NCBI RefSeq assembly: GCF_002433005.1
Contig: NZ_DJHF01000025.1
Location: forward strand, 45,944 to 109,943
Source of the DNA: Acetomicrobium sp. UBA5826
GTDB taxonomy: Bacteria; Synergistota; Synergistia; Synergistales; Acetomicrobiaceae
Length of the DNA: 64,000 nt
Direction: 5' to 3'
Made by a program: the position numbers and the translations under genes. The notes beneath the pieces are model-generated. The model was not told the DNA's origin and did no database searches. It worked only from the letters and a program-made list of their open reading frames with translations. Positions 61,343-64,000 of the stretch are shown in pieces; the stretch's first letter is position 1; every line of letters starts with the position of its first letter.

Positions 61343-61465
61343 CTATTCGTTACAGCAGCCGGGGCATCCGGCACATCCGTCGAGCTGCTCAAAAAGTTCC
61401 TTCATGAGTTTTTCCTTTTCCTCGTTGGAAACCTCTTTATTTTGTTTTCTTTCTTCGATCGCCAA
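61343..61465 (-). CDS. 40-aa peptide with a C-terminal CxxCxxCC motif, absent from the ORF track
   Basis: SD GGAGGG then TTG; MAIEERKQNKEVSNEEKEKLMKELFEQLDGCAGCPGCCNE. Confidence 0.55.
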   Translation of the reverse strand: MAIEERKQNKEVSNEEKEKLMKELFEQLDGCAGCPGCCNE

Positions 61466-61495
61466 TTCATTTCCCTCCCATATTTGTATTAACGC

Positions 61496-61807
61496 TTAAA
61501 GGATTGGAAAACCTGCCTCTTTCCAGGCTTTCACTCCGCCGCGCAATGCTTTTGCATTTGAAAAACCATTGCTTTCATACTGAGCTGCCACACGGACAGC
61601 TGTGCCGTCATCAGGTCAGGCGCAGTAGAAGATTAGCTCCTTATCCTTTGGCAAGCCATCCTCCTTGCTTTGTAGTTCCTGAAGGGATATGGCTCCTTCC
61701 AGATGCACCATTTTAAACTTATTTTCATCAGCATAGGCGCAAACCAAAAGTGCTTCCCCTGCCTGTGCCTTCTTCCTCGCTTCTTCAACTCCGATTCTAT
61801 CTGGCAT
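61496..61807 (-). CDS. rhodanese-like selenoprotein (CxU; UGA at 61616-61618 read as Sec)
   Basis: IFYCA-UGA continues in frame as PDDGTAVRVAAQYESNGFSNAKALRGGVKAWKEAGFPIL, completing the rhodanese fold; SECIS-like hairpin just downstream. Confidence 0.85.
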
Positions 61808-61930
61808 ATTTCATCCCCTCCTCTCCTTAGATAAATGTTAGGTACATCTAAATTATATCAAATTTAAATGATTTTAGCTATGCATCATCCAGGGAATAAA
61901 ATTAACGGCTTCTGTCTTCATTACTAAATT

Positions 61931-62638
61931 TTACAATCCAAGGAATGACGTCTTCACCATCTCGTTTCCGAGCAGTTCTTCGGAATTGCCGGATATTGTG
62001 ATGCGCCCGTTTTCTAATACATATCCCCTATCGGATATCGCCAATGCTTCCGGGACATTTTGTTCGGTTAGCAAAATGCTTATTCCATATTCTTTTAATA
62101 AACTTAGCGTATTGAACACCTCTGATACAAGTTTTGGCATTAAACCCATCGATACTTCGTCAATCAAAAGCAGCTTTGGTTTCGACATCAAAGCCCTCCC
62201 GATCGCAAGCATTTGCCTCTCCCCACCGCTCAAAGTTCCGGCCTTTTGCTGCAACCTTTCCTTTAAGACGGGAAATAAAGAATAAACCAAGTCCAGATTT
62301 TCCTTTACGTCGAAGGCTTCTTTATGAAGGCTGGCTATTAACATCAGGTTTTCCTCCACTGTAAGATCTGGAAAAACTCTGCCCCCTTCAGGTATATAGG
62401 CAACCCCCATTTTAGCTTTTTCCCAGGGACGTTTTTTCGAAACATCCTTTTCAAGGAAAGATATAGATCCCCTATGTAGAGGAGCTATACCCATGATGCC
62501 TTTTAGCAAAGTGCTTTTTCCTGCTCCATTAGCGCCAAGTAAGGAGACAATTTCACCTTCGCCTACACATAAAGTAACGCCCCATAGGACTTTAATTCGA
62601 TTATAAGCAATCTCAACATCTTGAACGTTAAGAAGCAT
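61931..62638 (-). CDS. livF: branched-chain amino acid ABC ATPase
   Basis: LGANGAGKST, PEGGRVF, AGTLSGGERQMLAIGRALM. Confidence 0.9.
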   Translation of the reverse strand: MLLNVQDVEIAYNRIKVLWGVTLCVGEGEIVSLLGANGAGKSTLLKGIMGIAPLHRGSISFLEKDVSKKRPWEKAKMGVAYIPEGGRVFPDLTVEENLMLIASLHKEAFDVKENLDLVYSLFPVLKERLQQKAGTLSGGERQMLAIGRALMSKPKLLLIDEVSMGLMPKLVSEVFNTLSLLKEYGISILLTEQNVPEALAISDRGYVLENGRITISGNSEELLGNEMVKTSFLGL

Positions 62639-63443
62639 ATTTAACCCCCTTTGTTCCAAGATACACCTCAATTACCAAAGGATCGTTGGCAACTTCTTGC
62701 GGAGTTCCCTCTGCAATTGTATTTCCCCTATGGAGCACGACAATTCTGTCGCTCAAATTCATCACAAAACTCATTGTATGTTCTATAAGGATGATCGAAA
62801 TACCCAGTTTTCTGATTTTTTCTACTAGCTCGGCAAGTTCGTTTCTCTCCTGGTTGTTCAGCCCCGATGCAGGTTCATCCAATAATAACAACGATGGGGC
62901 AGTTGCCAGGGCCCTACCTATTTCAAGTTTTCTTAATAAACCTATGGGCAAAGAGGAGGCTAACTGATTTTTAGAATCGGAAAGGCCGATCAGGTTTATA
63001 ATCTCATCTGCCTTTTGCAGGATTTCCTTTTTTCGACAGTTTTTAAACAACGAAGAGATGTTGCCATGTAATTTGCAGCCCATACCGACAAGTACATTTT
63101 CTTCTGCTGTCAATAGACTAAAGGGTTTAGCTATTTGGAATGTACGCGCTATCCCGAGCTTCGCCCTTTTGAAGGCGGGCAAAAGCGTTATATCCCGGTC
63201 TTTAAACATTATGCTCCCATCATCGGGCATCAATAGGCCGCTTATCGTGTTTAAAAGTGTAGTCTTACCTGCGCCGTTTGGACCGATTAACCCTAAAATT
63301 TCGCCTTTATTGAGTGTTAAGTCGACCCCATCGACTGCCCTTAATCCTTCGAAGTGTTTTTTTACGTTTTTAAGGGTTAGGATTTTTACATCTACGATAT
63401 TTCCTGAGTTTCCGCTTTTTTCTTCACCAATCTCAAGATGCAT
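62628..63443 (-). CDS. livG: branched-chain amino acid ABC ATPase (start uncertain)
   Basis: IGPNGAGKTT, GIARTFQ, DEPASGLN, IEHTM, VIEVYLG. Confidence 0.9.
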   Translation of the reverse strand: MHLEIGEEKSGNSGNIVDVKILTLKNVKKHFEGLRAVDGVDLTLNKGEILGLIGPNGAGKTTLLNTISGLLMPDDGSIMFKDRDITLLPAFKRAKLGIARTFQIAKPFSLLTAEENVLVGMGCKLHGNISSLFKNCRKKEILQKADEIINLIGLSDSKNQLASSLPIGLLRKLEIGRALATAPSLLLLDEPASGLNNQERNELAELVEKIRKLGISIILIEHTMSFVMNLSDRIVVLHRGNTIAEGTPQEVANDPLVIEVYLGTKGVKYAS

Positions 63444-64000
63444 CTATCGAGTAATCCCCCTCGTCCTAAAATTCCGTTAGGTTGTAAAATCACTATCATG
63501 GCGAGCATACCGCCGTAGACTAACATTCTGTAGTTTTCTATAAACCTGAAAAATTCAGGCAATATATATAAAACGAAGGCTCCAAACACGGCACCTCTAA
63601 TGGTACCGAGTCCGCCAAATACAAGCATGGACAAAAATAACACAGACATCTCGAAAGAAAAGTTTCTTGGAAATACCGATCCTATGCTATGAGCCCATAG
63701 AACACCGGCCAATCCCGTAAAGGTCGAACTTAGTGCAAATGCGTACATTTTGTATATAGAGGTATTGATTCCCAGGGATTGGGCAGCGTCTTCGTCTTCA
63801 CCCGTCGCTTCCATGGCAAGACGTCCCCACGTCTTTGAAAAAAGATAACAAATGCAGATTGTCAACAGGAGAAAGGAGAGCGTAATCAAAAAATATCCTG
63901 TGGTTCCGATACTTTTTCCTCCAATTGTGGGCATGGTGATTCCTATTATCCCCATAGCGCCGCCAAAAAAATCGAAATATTCCGTTATTCCCATAACGAT
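63392..64000 (-). CDS. livM: branched-chain amino acid ABC permease, 3' part (runs off the window)
   Basis: EDEDAAQSLGIN, GGLGTIRGAVFGA, QPNGILG. Confidence 0.85.
   Translation of the reverse strand: MVMGITEYFDFFGGAMGIIGITMPTIGGKSIGTTGYFLITLSFLLLTICICYLFSKTWGRLAMEATGEDEDAAQSLGINTSIYKMYAFALSSTFTGLAGVLWAHSIGSVFPRNFSFEMSVLFLSMLVFGGLGTIRGAVFGAFVLYILPEFFRFIENYRMLVYGGMLAMIVILQPNGILGRGGLLDRCILRLVKKKAETQEIS

Noticed and set aside
60800-61930. Integrative element at the guaA 3' end
   Set aside because: No integrase and no duplicated guaA end visible in the remaining window.

Overview
A ~45% GC window from an anaerobic bacterium. Gene content, especially a HydA-like/HoxY/HoxH [NiFe]-hydrogenase cluster of the electron-bifurcating HydABCSL type, points to a Synergistota member such as Acetomicrobium (inference). 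Most of it is housekeeping, metabolic or transport DNA: rarA, ilvD, panF, tupABC, proXVW-like, feoAB, ychF, thiDME, hisD, TRAP, csp, spoVS, hisS-aspS, degP, guaA and liv. Elements the ORF track misses: a 6S RNA, a Moco/Tuco riboswitch with terminator ahead of tupA, a rhodanese-like selenoprotein (CxU, UGA plus SECIS-like hairpin), three small ORFs, an internally deleted IS with terminal inverted repeats, and two deletion pseudogenes. Two signals stand out. (1) A CRISPR-independent Cas4-like nuclease split across two overlapping genes, each with a transmembrane anchor at the break. (2) A single repeat(31)-spacer(35)-repeat(31) unit inside an OPT transporter remnant, with the geometry of an off-target CRISPR spacer integration. 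All calls come from reading motifs by eye; no database searches were run.
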